Source: Nitrospiraceae bacterium (GTDB taxonomy: Bacteria; Nitrospirota; Nitrospiria; Nitrospirales; Nitrospiraceae). Taken from it: a stretch of DNA of 64,000 nucleotides. Location of the stretch: NCBI GenBank assembly GCA_050246315.1, contig JBFWWG010000002.1, forward strand, positions 396,811 to 460,810, given 5' to 3'. The notes under the pieces are model-generated. The model saw only the letters and a list, made by a program, of their open reading frames with translations, had not been told where the DNA came from and did not search any database. Below are positions 20,122-28,952 of the stretch, piece after piece (the first letter of the stretch is position 1; every line of letters starts with the position of its first letter). Both the position numbers and the translations under genes were made by a program.

Positions 20122-20580
20122 CTAGGCCCATTGTTCAGGCAACGGAACAGGTTCAATCGCGCGTCGCGTCACGCGGACGGGAATCGCTCGCCCGAACAGG
20201 GCCACGTCCACCACCCCCTGTTCCCCGTCCCACACTCGCAAGAACCCGATCACCGGCGCACTCACCCAATGAGCAATGCGCACGAGGTCTCCTGGAGCGA
20301 ACGATCCCTCACGAGGACGGGCTGGTGCGGCCAACGCCCCCACATCGCACAGATCCTCGATCGGCAGCACTCTCTTGACACCAGGAAACTTCGATACCGC
20401 CTCAATCTTTGTCCGATCCAACTGGCACACCACATAGCCCTTCACGAGCTCAGTCATCCGTGCGGTATCAAGTCGCTGTAGGTATCGCATCACCCGATTC
20501 TCATGGCCTGGAACGACCTCAATCCCGACGACCTTCACTTCCGCGTCTTCCACCGACCCGCCTCGACAGCCGCCAGTCAC
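20122..20580 (-). CDS. NusG-family transcription elongation factor paralogue (NGN + KOW)
   Basis: VPGHE..V, KGYV, PGV..V (NGN) and FAPGDLVRI...VDVALFGRAIPV (KOW). Confidence 0.8.
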   Translation of the reverse strand: MTGGCRGGSVEDAEVKVVGIEVVPGHENRVMRYLQRLDTARMTELVKGYVVCQLDRTKIEAVSKFPGVKRVLPIEDLCDVGALAAPARPREGSFAPGDLVRIAHWVSAPVIGFLRVWDGEQGVVDVALFGRAIPVRVTRRAIEPVPLPEQWA

Positions 20581-20734
20581 TGTTCAACCATTCAAGCTCA
20601 TGTCCGGCCGTCTATAGACTGTTCTCCTACGACCCGCTTAGATTGGCCGGCCTCCCGGACACAGGTGCGATCATGCGCTGGAGCTGGTCAAACCCGTCCG
20701 GCAAGTGCAGAAGCAAGACCGGCCTGATCGCAGG

Positions 20735-21289
20735 TCATCGGCGTGTCTTCCTCACCTTGTCCAGATGAACAAGCGCGCGATAGATCTTCCACACGTACTG
20801 AGTCAGCTGCTTCGAGCCGTTGTACCGTCCGATCGCCACCCAGGTGTTTCCAAACAGATCGAGCTTCTGCCGGAGCACGAAGGCGGCCCACTGCAAATTG
20901 ACACAGGGATCCAGAAGATAAACGGGATGCACGCGATACTGTTCCAGATTGCGACTGTTGATCTGCCCCAGTCCTACATCAAAATTGGCCCCCTGCTGCC
21001 ATAAGCGACTGACCAGCTCCGCTGCTGTTGTATAAGACAGTCTGCCGCGAGACTCGCCCACGCCTTGGCGATTGACCCCGACCGCAAGGGGATTCCCATC
21101 GCTCTCCACGTGCACGATAGCCTCGAGAAGAACAGGCGAGACGTGGTATCGCTGCGCGGCCTCCTGAATGCAGCGATGGTTCACGTACCAGTAGGTGTCC
21201 CGACCGAGGCGTGATCCGCCGATTGCCTCGGCTCCTATTGGAACCAGCGCGATGACCAGGAGCGCACCAACCAGAACTATGTGCACCAT
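20735..21289 (-). CDS. Conjugal lytic transglycosylase (VirB1-like)
   Basis: AIVHVES, DVGLGQINS, LLDPCVN, AIGRYNG; signal peptide. Confidence 0.92.
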   Translation of the reverse strand: MVHIVLVGALLVIALVPIGAEAIGGSRLGRDTYWYVNHRCIQEAAQRYHVSPVLLEAIVHVESDGNPLAVGVNRQGVGESRGRLSYTTAAELVSRLWQQGANFDVGLGQINSRNLEQYRVHPVYLLDPCVNLQWAAFVLRQKLDLFGNTWVAIGRYNGSKQLTQYVWKIYRALVHLDKVRKTRR

Positions 21290-21307
21290 GCCGTTCGGGC
21301 CTCTGCA

Positions 21308-23263
21308 CTAACACTTTCCGCTGTAGGCGCAGATCTTCGCATTCATGTCGGAGGCCACAGCCGCAGGATCGATATTCGCGTTGACGTGCACGTACCACTC
21401 CGTGAAATCCATGGCGGCAAAATTCAACGAGGAGAATTGCGCGATGCTGAACCCGCTGCAGTCAGGCGCGTCGGCAGAACCCCAGGGCCAACCGATTTGC
21501 GCGCGGCCTTGTTCCTGGACAATGCGGGCCAATTCCGACTTGAAATCACAGTACACCTGCTCCTTCCTGGTACAGACCTTCGCGAATCCAAAACTGACCC
21601 ACTCCACACAGCGAGTCCCCACGTAGTGCGCCTTGTACAGCTGCCGGTCCTTCGCCAACTGGACTTCCTCGTCCGAGCAGCTGCCCAGTAATCTCGTCGG
21701 ATCGCTGGCATCGCAGCAGTCGATGATCGGCCGAATGATCGGGTTGTAATCACAGGCCATCCGTGTTCCGTTGAACACGCGAAGGTTGGTGGTATCCCAA
21801 TCGTTCTCGACATCTTTGACCAACTGCAGATAGGTGGCAGAGAGGGCGAGATACTGGTTGGGAGGGGTTGACGTATCGACACAGAATGGAACGTAGCTTC
21901 CGGGAACACCGCATTGGTTGCACTGGGCCATCGTCACCGTCCGACTGCAGGTAGGAGTGGACGCGCAGGAGAAGGTATTCTCATAGACCTGGCACCGACC
22001 GAAGCTGTCAGGAACACAAGTGGAGCTGATCTGGCTGCAACCCTTCTCCAGGAGAGGTTGACAAGTGTCCGGAGAAGACGAGCTGGTCATCCACTGTTCC
22101 TGCTCCCTCCAGCAGGCAATATCTGTGATCGTAAAGACCGTTCCGTCTGAACTCGTGATCTGACGAGCGGCGGAGTCTAGACAACGGGAAGACTCGAACA
22201 CCCAGGACGACCTCAAGGGGGCACAACTATCAGTGATCACGTCCTTTCGAACCTGCACGTCATAGGCGAGGGTCATCTGTATGCCACCGGATTGCGCTCC
22301 GCCCGCAGGGCAGAGGGCGAGCAGAGCAGACTGTCCGGGACCAAGGGTCGCACTTCCAAACCCCGTGCAGCCACCGTTCTGCCAGCCGCTGATGGAGGCA
22401 GAGAACGATTCTGTGAGGATCGTCTCACCGGAGCCTAAGGACGCGGCGTAATTGAACGTGCCCAGCACATGCCAGCCTCCTCCATGCCCACAGTTCTTAT
22501 GCCAGATTCCTTCCGGGCCCATGTCCAAGTATTCAACCGAGTAGCTGCCGGGACCAATTTGGCGGACTTGGGCATAGAGGTAGTGATCACTGCACCAGCC
22601 GGCAGGACCAAAACTGCCGGTCTGGGTCTTGTGCGTGATCGAGACAAAGGTATTCACCTCACACACGGCCGTTTCCACACCGGGACTTTGGCAGCTCTGA
22701 ACTGATTCAGGTCCAGCCGTGTATTCCACACAGGTCGGGACGTCCACGCAGGTCCCGCTGAGTCCGGGTGACGGGGTGATGCTGGAGGCCACCGCCTCGG
22801 CGGTCTTGACCGGAGCGGTCGTGCTCACATCCCATCCGTCCTTTGATGATTTCTGGTCCTGCAGCGTCGAATAAGTCGGATCCGTCACCGTCGCGTTGGT
22901 TGCATCCGCATTGAGCGGGGCGATATCCCCGCTGTTGCTGAAATACCCCTCCTGCGGCGCTCCCGAACAGCCGGAGCTCGTACAGCCGGTAGCGCCGCCG
23001 TACTGAGGTGTCTTCGTCATATTCGGCGCCAAGTTTCCAGTGCTGACCGAACCAGCGCCTTGCATTTCGCCCAACACACATTGAGCCCGTGTATAGGCAT
23101 CGGCGATGCTGTCGCATGGCCCCACCCCCGTGGCCGGAGTCACCAAGGCCATCACGCAGCTTGCGGACAGCGCCGCCCCAACCATGACCGATCTTGACCG
23201 GCTGAGCGGTACGGCAGGCAATGATGATCTGCCCGAGACGAATTGGAATGGCAGGCGCTGCAT
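21308..23263 (-). CDS. traN: Mating-pair stabilisation protein TraN
   Basis: Cys-rich; C-terminal CC...C..EE..LA...HYVGT.C...YC.FKS.LARIVQEQGR.Q...CSGF...DFTEW. Confidence 0.92.
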   Translation of the reverse strand: MQRLPFQFVSGRSSLPAVPLSRSRSVMVGAALSASCVMALVTPATGVGPCDSIADAYTRAQCVLGEMQGAGSVSTGNLAPNMTKTPQYGGATGCTSSGCSGAPQEGYFSNSGDIAPLNADATNATVTDPTYSTLQDQKSSKDGWDVSTTAPVKTAEAVASSITPSPGLSGTCVDVPTCVEYTAGPESVQSCQSPGVETAVCEVNTFVSITHKTQTGSFGPAGWCSDHYLYAQVRQIGPGSYSVEYLDMGPEGIWHKNCGHGGGWHVLGTFNYAASLGSGETILTESFSASISGWQNGGCTGFGSATLGPGQSALLALCPAGGAQSGGIQMTLAYDVQVRKDVITDSCAPLRSSWVFESSRCLDSAARQITSSDGTVFTITDIACWREQEQWMTSSSSPDTCQPLLEKGCSQISSTCVPDSFGRCQVYENTFSCASTPTCSRTVTMAQCNQCGVPGSYVPFCVDTSTPPNQYLALSATYLQLVKDVENDWDTTNLRVFNGTRMACDYNPIIRPIIDCCDASDPTRLLGSCSDEEVQLAKDRQLYKAHYVGTRCVEWVSFGFAKVCTRKEQVYCDFKSELARIVQEQGRAQIGWPWGSADAPDCSGFSIAQFSSLNFAAMDFTEWYVHVNANIDPAAVASDMNAKICAYSGKC

Positions 23264-23274
23264 CGAGCCCTTCC

Positions 23275-23757
23275 TTAGCTTCTCAGAATCGGTATCGTCG
23301 GCCGCACGGCCGCTCGCGCGGAACTCGCCGTCATCTCGCTCACGACTCGTTTGGACTCCTCCGACAACGGAAGCACACCGTCTCTTGCCTCACACTCACC
23401 CACTTCTCGCCTGATAAATCGTACGGCCGTTCCAAATCCCAAGACCTGGGTCATGGCCATCCCTTTGAACGGGACCGGTGAGACTTCCACCACCACCCCG
23501 ATCACCGCATCGGCACCGAGCTCCCACGCCTGGTCCTGCAGACCATCGAATACCTTCTCCATGGCCTTGCGAGCCGGCTTATCGTACGTGCTCACCCGGC
23601 CACCCAAGATGTCCATAATCCGCGCGATATAGTCGCGAAACGTTCCCAATCCCACCGTGAGGATCTCCACCACCAGCCCTAACGATTCGACCTCGCGGCC
23701 TAGATAACTCTGCGTACTGAGGAACTCGATGTCCTTCTTATCTCGCTTTGCCATCAC
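23275..23757 (-). CDS. YbjQ/UPF0145-family protein
   Basis: LGLV...RD..A...DILGGR...Y, A.ELGADAVIGV, GTAV. Confidence 0.85.
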   Translation of the reverse strand: MMAKRDKKDIEFLSTQSYLGREVESLGLVVEILTVGLGTFRDYIARIMDILGGRVSTYDKPARKAMEKVFDGLQDQAWELGADAVIGVVVEVSPVPFKGMAMTQVLGFGTAVRFIRREVGECEARDGVLPLSEESKRVVSEMTASSARAAVRPTIPILRS

Positions 23758-24781
23758 CGTTCTTCTCCCCTTTTTCCGGGACGGTGCTGTCGGCAGCCGG
23801 CTGAGGCGAGAAGGTCAGTGTCCCAGGTGGCGGTGCGGCAAGAGGCTCCGCTGGAGGACCAATCCGTGAGCCAGACCCATCAGTCGGAATAGACATCCCT
23901 TTCGCCGCAGTGCCGTCTTTCGGACCCACAACCGCCTGGGCGGCCGCTTTCCTCTCTTGTTCGCTTTTCTCGATCCCCTGATCTCGGACGGCACTCGCGG
24001 TTGTTTCCGTAGGAGAGCGCGGCCCCTTGCCATCGACAGTTCCCTGAGCAATCTTGGACGCCGGTGTGATCGGACCGGTCTTGACGGGCGCAGCGGATTT
24101 CCCGGCTCCTCTCCCGACGACCGACGGGTCGGCCTTTACTCCAAGTTGCCGCATCGCCTGTTCCACGGCGGGAGACTCGGTGTTCTTGCCCTTTTTGAGT
24201 TCATCCCCGGTGTCAGACCCAGCCGTGGTGTTAGGGCCCGCCTTCGAGACAGTTTCCTGTGGCGCATTCCCGGCCCTATCCTCTCCGTCCTTCACGCCGG
24301 CCTCCTTGCGCAGCTCCGGGGCTCTGGCTTTGGGATCACGCGAGGCCACCGGTTTCAGCCGGACCATCAGGGCGCCCATCCTGGCGATCAAGGACTCGAC
24401 CCGATTCGTGAGCATCACATTCGTCTCGGCTAGCAGGCTGAGCTGATCCAGCACCTTGCCGAACTTCTGATCCAGCGCAGAGACCCGCGTCTCCTGCGAT
24501 GCCAGCTTGCCTGTGAGCAGTCTGGCGTCATCGCGAGCACGTGCGACTTCTGTCTTGGTCTGGTCCTGTTGCAGCCGCAGCGTGCCCTGCTCCTTGCTCA
24601 CGTTCGAGTAGGCCCGATGAACCGCATCCACGCGCTGCTGCAAATCGTCTTTTTCCGTTTCCCACTCTGTTTTCACTTCCTTGAGATGCTCGTACTGATT
24701 CTGGACGCGCTCATACTCCCCACTGCTCACGCATCCGACCAGCAGCATCGGAATGACACTCCAGATCCATTGACGCATCAT
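23738..24781 (-). CDS. Coiled-coil lipoprotein with disordered tail
   Basis: Lipobox LLVGC, about 140 aa of heptad region, low-complexity C-terminus. Confidence 0.7.
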   Translation of the reverse strand: MMRQWIWSVIPMLLVGCVSSGEYERVQNQYEHLKEVKTEWETEKDDLQQRVDAVHRAYSNVSKEQGTLRLQQDQTKTEVARARDDARLLTGKLASQETRVSALDQKFGKVLDQLSLLAETNVMLTNRVESLIARMGALMVRLKPVASRDPKARAPELRKEAGVKDGEDRAGNAPQETVSKAGPNTTAGSDTGDELKKGKNTESPAVEQAMRQLGVKADPSVVGRGAGKSAAPVKTGPITPASKIAQGTVDGKGPRSPTETTASAVRDQGIEKSEQERKAAAQAVVGPKDGTAAKGMSIPTDGSGSRIGPPAEPLAAPPPGTLTFSPQPAADSTVPEKGEKNGDGKAR

Positions 24782-24836
24782 GCCTTCCTCCCCCTTCTTC
24801 ACCATCACATGGTCTCGATGTTGACTCCTGTCCGGC

Positions 24837-25574
24837 TCACGTCGTCGCCCGAGGAGGAACAGGTCCTCCCGCAGTTGCGGGCGTCTGAGCGTCTGGGTTC
24901 GGACGCTCACGAAACACGTCCTCCGCTTCGCGTGGCGTGCGATAGGGCAGTTCCACCAGTGCGCAGAACTCAGCGATCAATTCGTGGAGGCGCCTGATCA
25001 GTTCGTGAATCTTCGTGAACAGATGCTCCGCCTGCGCCAAATCGTCGCAACTCATGCGTGTATGCAGAATCACCCCATCCAGCTTCTCCGCCACCCGCGA
25101 CACCTTCTTCGTTTCTTCTGATCGCGGGGTGATCACTCGCGCATTCCGTTGTCCGGCAAGGGTGAGCCGATACTGATAGTTCAGGGCCGGCGCCGGTCCG
25201 AAATCCTGCTCACTGACCCCCATCGCCTTTAACAACTCCTGTCCCCTGCTCACCCACTCATGGATACGATCCAGCTGCCCCTGCACTTCACTGACGGAGA
25301 GGGAATGCCCCGCGCTGAGCCGGAGCCGATTGACGGCCTTATCCAAAGGAAACAGCATCCCCACGATGACCCTCCCCTCAGGCGTGCGAGGCAGGAGCAA
25401 CAGGCTCTGGGGATCTTGCAGCCGTTCGCGGTTGTGCTCGGCCCGTTCCTCCGGGCTGGGCCGTCCGCGCATCGGGCGTCTTCCCTGACCAGCGAGACCT
25501 GCCCGCCCATTCGGCTCCCGCTCTTCCTTCCTCGACGAACCTGGTTGTCCATTTTGTTGTATTGCCGTTGCCAT
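24837..25574 (-). CDS. Hypothetical protein with internal duplication, possibly DUF1845/AcaB-like regulator
   Basis: Two PR(T/S).E.....LD.....R.S repeats; GGAGAGGAGG RBS; the family call is tentative. Confidence 0.45.
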   Translation of the reverse strand: MATAIQQNGQPGSSRKEEREPNGRAGLAGQGRRPMRGRPSPEERAEHNRERLQDPQSLLLLPRTPEGRVIVGMLFPLDKAVNRLRLSAGHSLSVSEVQGQLDRIHEWVSRGQELLKAMGVSEQDFGPAPALNYQYRLTLAGQRNARVITPRSEETKKVSRVAEKLDGVILHTRMSCDDLAQAEHLFTKIHELIRRLHELIAEFCALVELPYRTPREAEDVFRERPNPDAQTPATAGGPVPPRATT

Positions 25575-25601
25575 AAGAATCCTCCTCTCCCGGACCGACT
25601 G

Positions 25602-26249
25602 TTACGGTTCTGTCCTCAGCTCGATCGCCATCGACGTCAGCTTGCTCGCGAGCGCGACGTTCATGCCGCCCTTGCCCAGGAAGTATCCTTTGCACTCGGC
25701 CGGCACCAGGACCCGCGCCATCTGCTCCTCCCTGAACACATCGATCCTTCGGATGCGATCCACCGGTGCCGGTGCCAGCGCATTGCGAATGAATCGGCCC
25801 AGGTCCGTCGAGTACCGGACAAACGACACCATCAGTCGGGTATAGCTGGCGTAGCTCTGACGGTAAGGCACACACAACTTCACCGGATCCACTCCCTCTT
25901 CGCTCTCCACGGCGATTTTGACAAACGGCGAGCCGAGGCCCGTGGCGACCCGACGTATCCGGACTTCACCAGCCTCCAACACAGGACGGAGGATGGATTC
26001 CGAAATACGGCGGATGTAATGGGGACAGCGCTGGGACAGGACCGGATACATCTCACCCAGCCGGTACACCGCTGCTGAGATCGTGTCCTTGACCCGATAG
26101 GGCCGGTCAGCATACTGCTTCGGAAGCACGGCGAAAGGCTGCGTGCCGTTGATCAGGATGAGGTAACTGTCCCGATCCGGTAAGGCCTTCACAACCCGAC
26201 CCAGCACGAAGTCCCCGATCTTCTCCATCGAGCCAGTTTCCTTCCCCAA
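25602..26249 (-). CDS. NusA paralogue lacking the N-terminal domain (S1-KH1-KH2)
   Basis: S1 (GDFVLGRV...AVLP...YRVKD...VLSQ..P), KH1 (VKIAV.S...VDPV..CV), FIRNALAPA, KH2 LGKGGMNVALASKLT. Confidence 0.85.
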   Translation of the reverse strand: MGKETGSMEKIGDFVLGRVVKALPDRDSYLILINGTQPFAVLPKQYADRPYRVKDTISAAVYRLGEMYPVLSQRCPHYIRRISESILRPVLEAGEVRIRRVATGLGSPFVKIAVESEEGVDPVKLCVPYRQSYASYTRLMVSFVRYSTDLGRFIRNALAPAPVDRIRRIDVFREEQMARVLVPAECKGYFLGKGGMNVALASKLTSMAIELRTEP

Positions 26250-26403
26250 CCCCTGTATTACTCCCGCCGCTCGCGGGGACTTTCCTCACCACGATGCACC
26301 CCTGCCTGCCCACGGACCCTTCGGCGCTGGCTTGCGTTGCACATCCATTCCTGTATTAGTTCTGGAGGAAGCAACGCATCGTCGGGTTGCGATCGAGGCA
26401 CCA

Positions 26404-27699
26404 ATGGGTCCTCAAAATCAGGTTTCCACTGAGCAACTACGGGTCCTCCAGACATTATTCCCCTGGTTGGCGTTCATTCCGCTGGTGCTGACGCACTGCG
26501 GGCCGATTGAAACACCCGTCAGCCTCGACCACGTTCATCAGGTGCCGGTCATTCACCACACTGAGCCTCTAGGCCCTCCGGAACTCCGGATCTCCGCGCA
26601 TACGGATGGCCTTGGGTGGTCCGTCCAGCCGGTTCAACGGATCCGACGGTATGTCGATGTGACGCAGCAGGAAACGTGGAAAACCAGGGTCTATCCGGCT
26701 GCGAAAACCTGGAGAATTCCAAAATTCGTGGCAGGATGGGTCACATGTCCGACGTGGGGAATTTTAGGGATGACGGGACTCGCCTTCGCTGAACCCGGCG
26801 CCCCGATGTGGCGCCGATCGGCCCTCTATGAACCTTGCTCGCTGGCCAGCGGGGGTGAGGCCTACTCCTCCGAATCAACGATGATGCGAACCGATGTCAC
26901 GCTGGATCGCCGGATTGAAGAGGAGGATCAGCACGTGACGACTGGTTCTCTTGCGCTCGTGTGGCAACTCCCTGGCAAGGATCCTCTCGGCATCGACATT
27001 CCTCTGAGCCCGGAGCAGACCACAATCATGTTCCGGGCTCGCTGGATCGCAGACCTGCTTATTCGGCAGGGCATCGAGATCACCGATCAGCTTTCCGGCC
27101 ACGCAGAGGTTCAGCTACAGCAACCAGGAGCCCCTCTCATCTCTCATCCGATCCCGTTGACCACCGTGATGCTCCGCGCCGCAATCGAGCAGGAAGCGGC
27201 ACGCGCTCCCGCAGGCCGGTGGCCATCGGCGATCAGAATCCGAACCGTCGTGGAAACTGATGGAAAGGGTGCTGCTCCTGAAACGCGCGCGCTCGCAACG
27301 CATCTGCTACGACACCTTGCTCGGTCGGGTCTGGCTGTCGTCGTGCGCGACGAGCTTCTCGCCGAATCCGAAGACCTCCTGACGGCTCAACAACAAGGCC
27401 GCTATAGGGACTCGGCGCGGAACGGAATCGGGCAATGGTCTGGCGCAACCCTTCTCGTTCACGTGTCTGCCCGGAATCTCCACGAGCAGGGCTACCTCGC
27501 TACGACGAGCATCGCTTCCATCGAGACCGGCGAGGTTCTCGCTCATCTCCTCGTGGAAGCCCCGCCCGGACAGTGGGCCGAGTTTCTCGACACCATGAGC
27601 GCCCGGATCCTCGACATCGTGATGCCCGCAGGTCGCCCACAGGGGGATATCGCGCGCCACAATCATGCGAGGCGTGAGGGATGGCTCATCACACAATGA
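26404..27699 (+). CDS. Putative lipoprotein with C-terminal CsgG/HfaB-like domain
   Basis: Hydrophobic stretch ending LTHC; QQQGRYRD...IGQWSGATLLV; paralogous to the next gene. Confidence 0.6.
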   Translation: MGPQNQVSTEQLRVLQTLFPWLAFIPLVLTHCGPIETPVSLDHVHQVPVIHHTEPLGPPELRISAHTDGLGWSVQPVQRIRRYVDVTQQETWKTRVYPAAKTWRIPKFVAGWVTCPTWGILGMTGLAFAEPGAPMWRRSALYEPCSLASGGEAYSSESTMMRTDVTLDRRIEEEDQHVTTGSLALVWQLPGKDPLGIDIPLSPEQTTIMFRARWIADLLIRQGIEITDQLSGHAEVQLQQPGAPLISHPIPLTTVMLRAAIEQEAARAPAGRWPSAIRIRTVVETDGKGAAPETRALATHLLRHLARSGLAVVVRDELLAESEDLLTAQQQGRYRDSARNGIGQWSGATLLVHVSARNLHEQGYLATTSIASIETGEVLAHLLVEAPPGQWAEFLDTMSARILDIVMPAGRPQGDIARHNHARREGWLITQ

Positions 27700-28838
27700 C
27701 CACCAGCCGCCTCCTTCCCCTCCTTATCAGCCTCCTCCTCGCGGGATGTGCAGAACTTGTCCCTGAGGATGCAGGCCCTCCCCATACCCGCACGTTCGAG
27801 CTCGACCGCTATCCCACCGGCCACGTTCGGATCAGCACAGAAGTGCACCCAGATCATCTGGGCTGGACGCTCGCCATCGAACAAGCGACAGCCGTCACCA
27901 TCGCCATCCAGGAAGAAACGCCACAGCAGTACCGCCGCTACGTTTTTTCGCCCCTCTCGATCGTTCCCGGACTTTTCCAATGTCCCTACGGCTTGATCAA
28001 GTACGCGCTCACGCTCGGCTACGCTTCGGACGAGCCGATGCGCTACGGCTGCTGGAGGCTCATCATGAAAGAACCCCTTCAGGGATCCATTTCTCTGCCC
28101 AGCAACATTCACCGCTCCCTCGAGCTTACGGAGCGATGGGAACCGGTTAAGGGAGGATCGATAGACGTGAAATGGGAAGGGCAGACAGATCTACTCGCGA
28201 CCTATGCGATCTCCGTCGAGGTACCAGTCCTTCGACTGGCACATCTCGTGCGGAACGATCAGGGGCGGCCTATATCAGAGGAAGCGCAAGCAGGCAGATT
28301 GGAAGTGAACTATAGGCAGGGACCACATACCGCCACAACGATGCTCGACGTCTCACGGAAACAGTTCACCAAAGCTTCCAAGTCCGCGACCCAATCCATT
28401 GCGGCCGAGCGCTGGCCTCATCCGCTCGTCGTTCAGGTCGGTACGCTGCAAGGCCTGCCTCCTGTCCTCGAAGAAGTCATCAAGGCAGCTCTTGCCAGAA
28501 ACTTCTTGCAGGCACAGATCTGTTTCGTCGCTGATGATCCCACGAAGGCGAGAATCACTGAAGAACAACGTTTCCAACTTAGCGGCCGGGTCCATGACAG
28601 CAAACAAGTCGCGCTCGGCCAATGGATCCCGGCCACCGTTCTGATCACTGGCAGTCTCGACACCACCCAGACCGCACCCGAAGTCGTCCTGCAAGTATCG
28701 ACGGTCCCTTCGGCAGAAGTCCTTGGAACGATCCGCCTGCCAGTCACTCCCACGACCGCATTCCCTATGGCATCAATACTCTCCGAGGACCTGCGGCTCC
28801 TCACCGCCCATGCCCCGAAAACGCCTTGCAGAAACTGA
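27696..28838 (+). CDS. Lipoprotein with C-terminal CsgG/HfaB-like domain
   Basis: Lipobox LLAGC; EEQRFQLSGRVHD...LGQWIPATVLITGS; ATGA overlap with the previous gene. Confidence 0.7.
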   Translation: MTTSRLLPLLISLLLAGCAELVPEDAGPPHTRTFELDRYPTGHVRISTEVHPDHLGWTLAIEQATAVTIAIQEETPQQYRRYVFSPLSIVPGLFQCPYGLIKYALTLGYASDEPMRYGCWRLIMKEPLQGSISLPSNIHRSLELTERWEPVKGGSIDVKWEGQTDLLATYAISVEVPVLRLAHLVRNDQGRPISEEAQAGRLEVNYRQGPHTATTMLDVSRKQFTKASKSATQSIAAERWPHPLVVQVGTLQGLPPVLEEVIKAALARNFLQAQICFVADDPTKARITEEQRFQLSGRVHDSKQVALGQWIPATVLITGSLDTTQTAPEVVLQVSTVPSAEVLGTIRLPVTPTTAFPMASILSEDLRLLTAHAPKTPCRN

Positions 28839-28876
28839 GAATCCTTCCCATGACTTAGCCATGGAAAATCGTGTGT

Positions 28877-28952
28877 ATCTAACGTTGCCGTAAGTGGCTG
28901 GGGTGCAAGCAGGCGAGCCCCCCGGTCCGCTGTAGCAGGAAGTCCGTGGGCA
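28877..28952 (-). repeat. attC: Degenerate terminal attC site
   Basis: R' GTTAGAT on - (ATCTAAC 28877-28883) but R'' is degenerate and the palindrome is imperfect. Confidence 0.45.
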
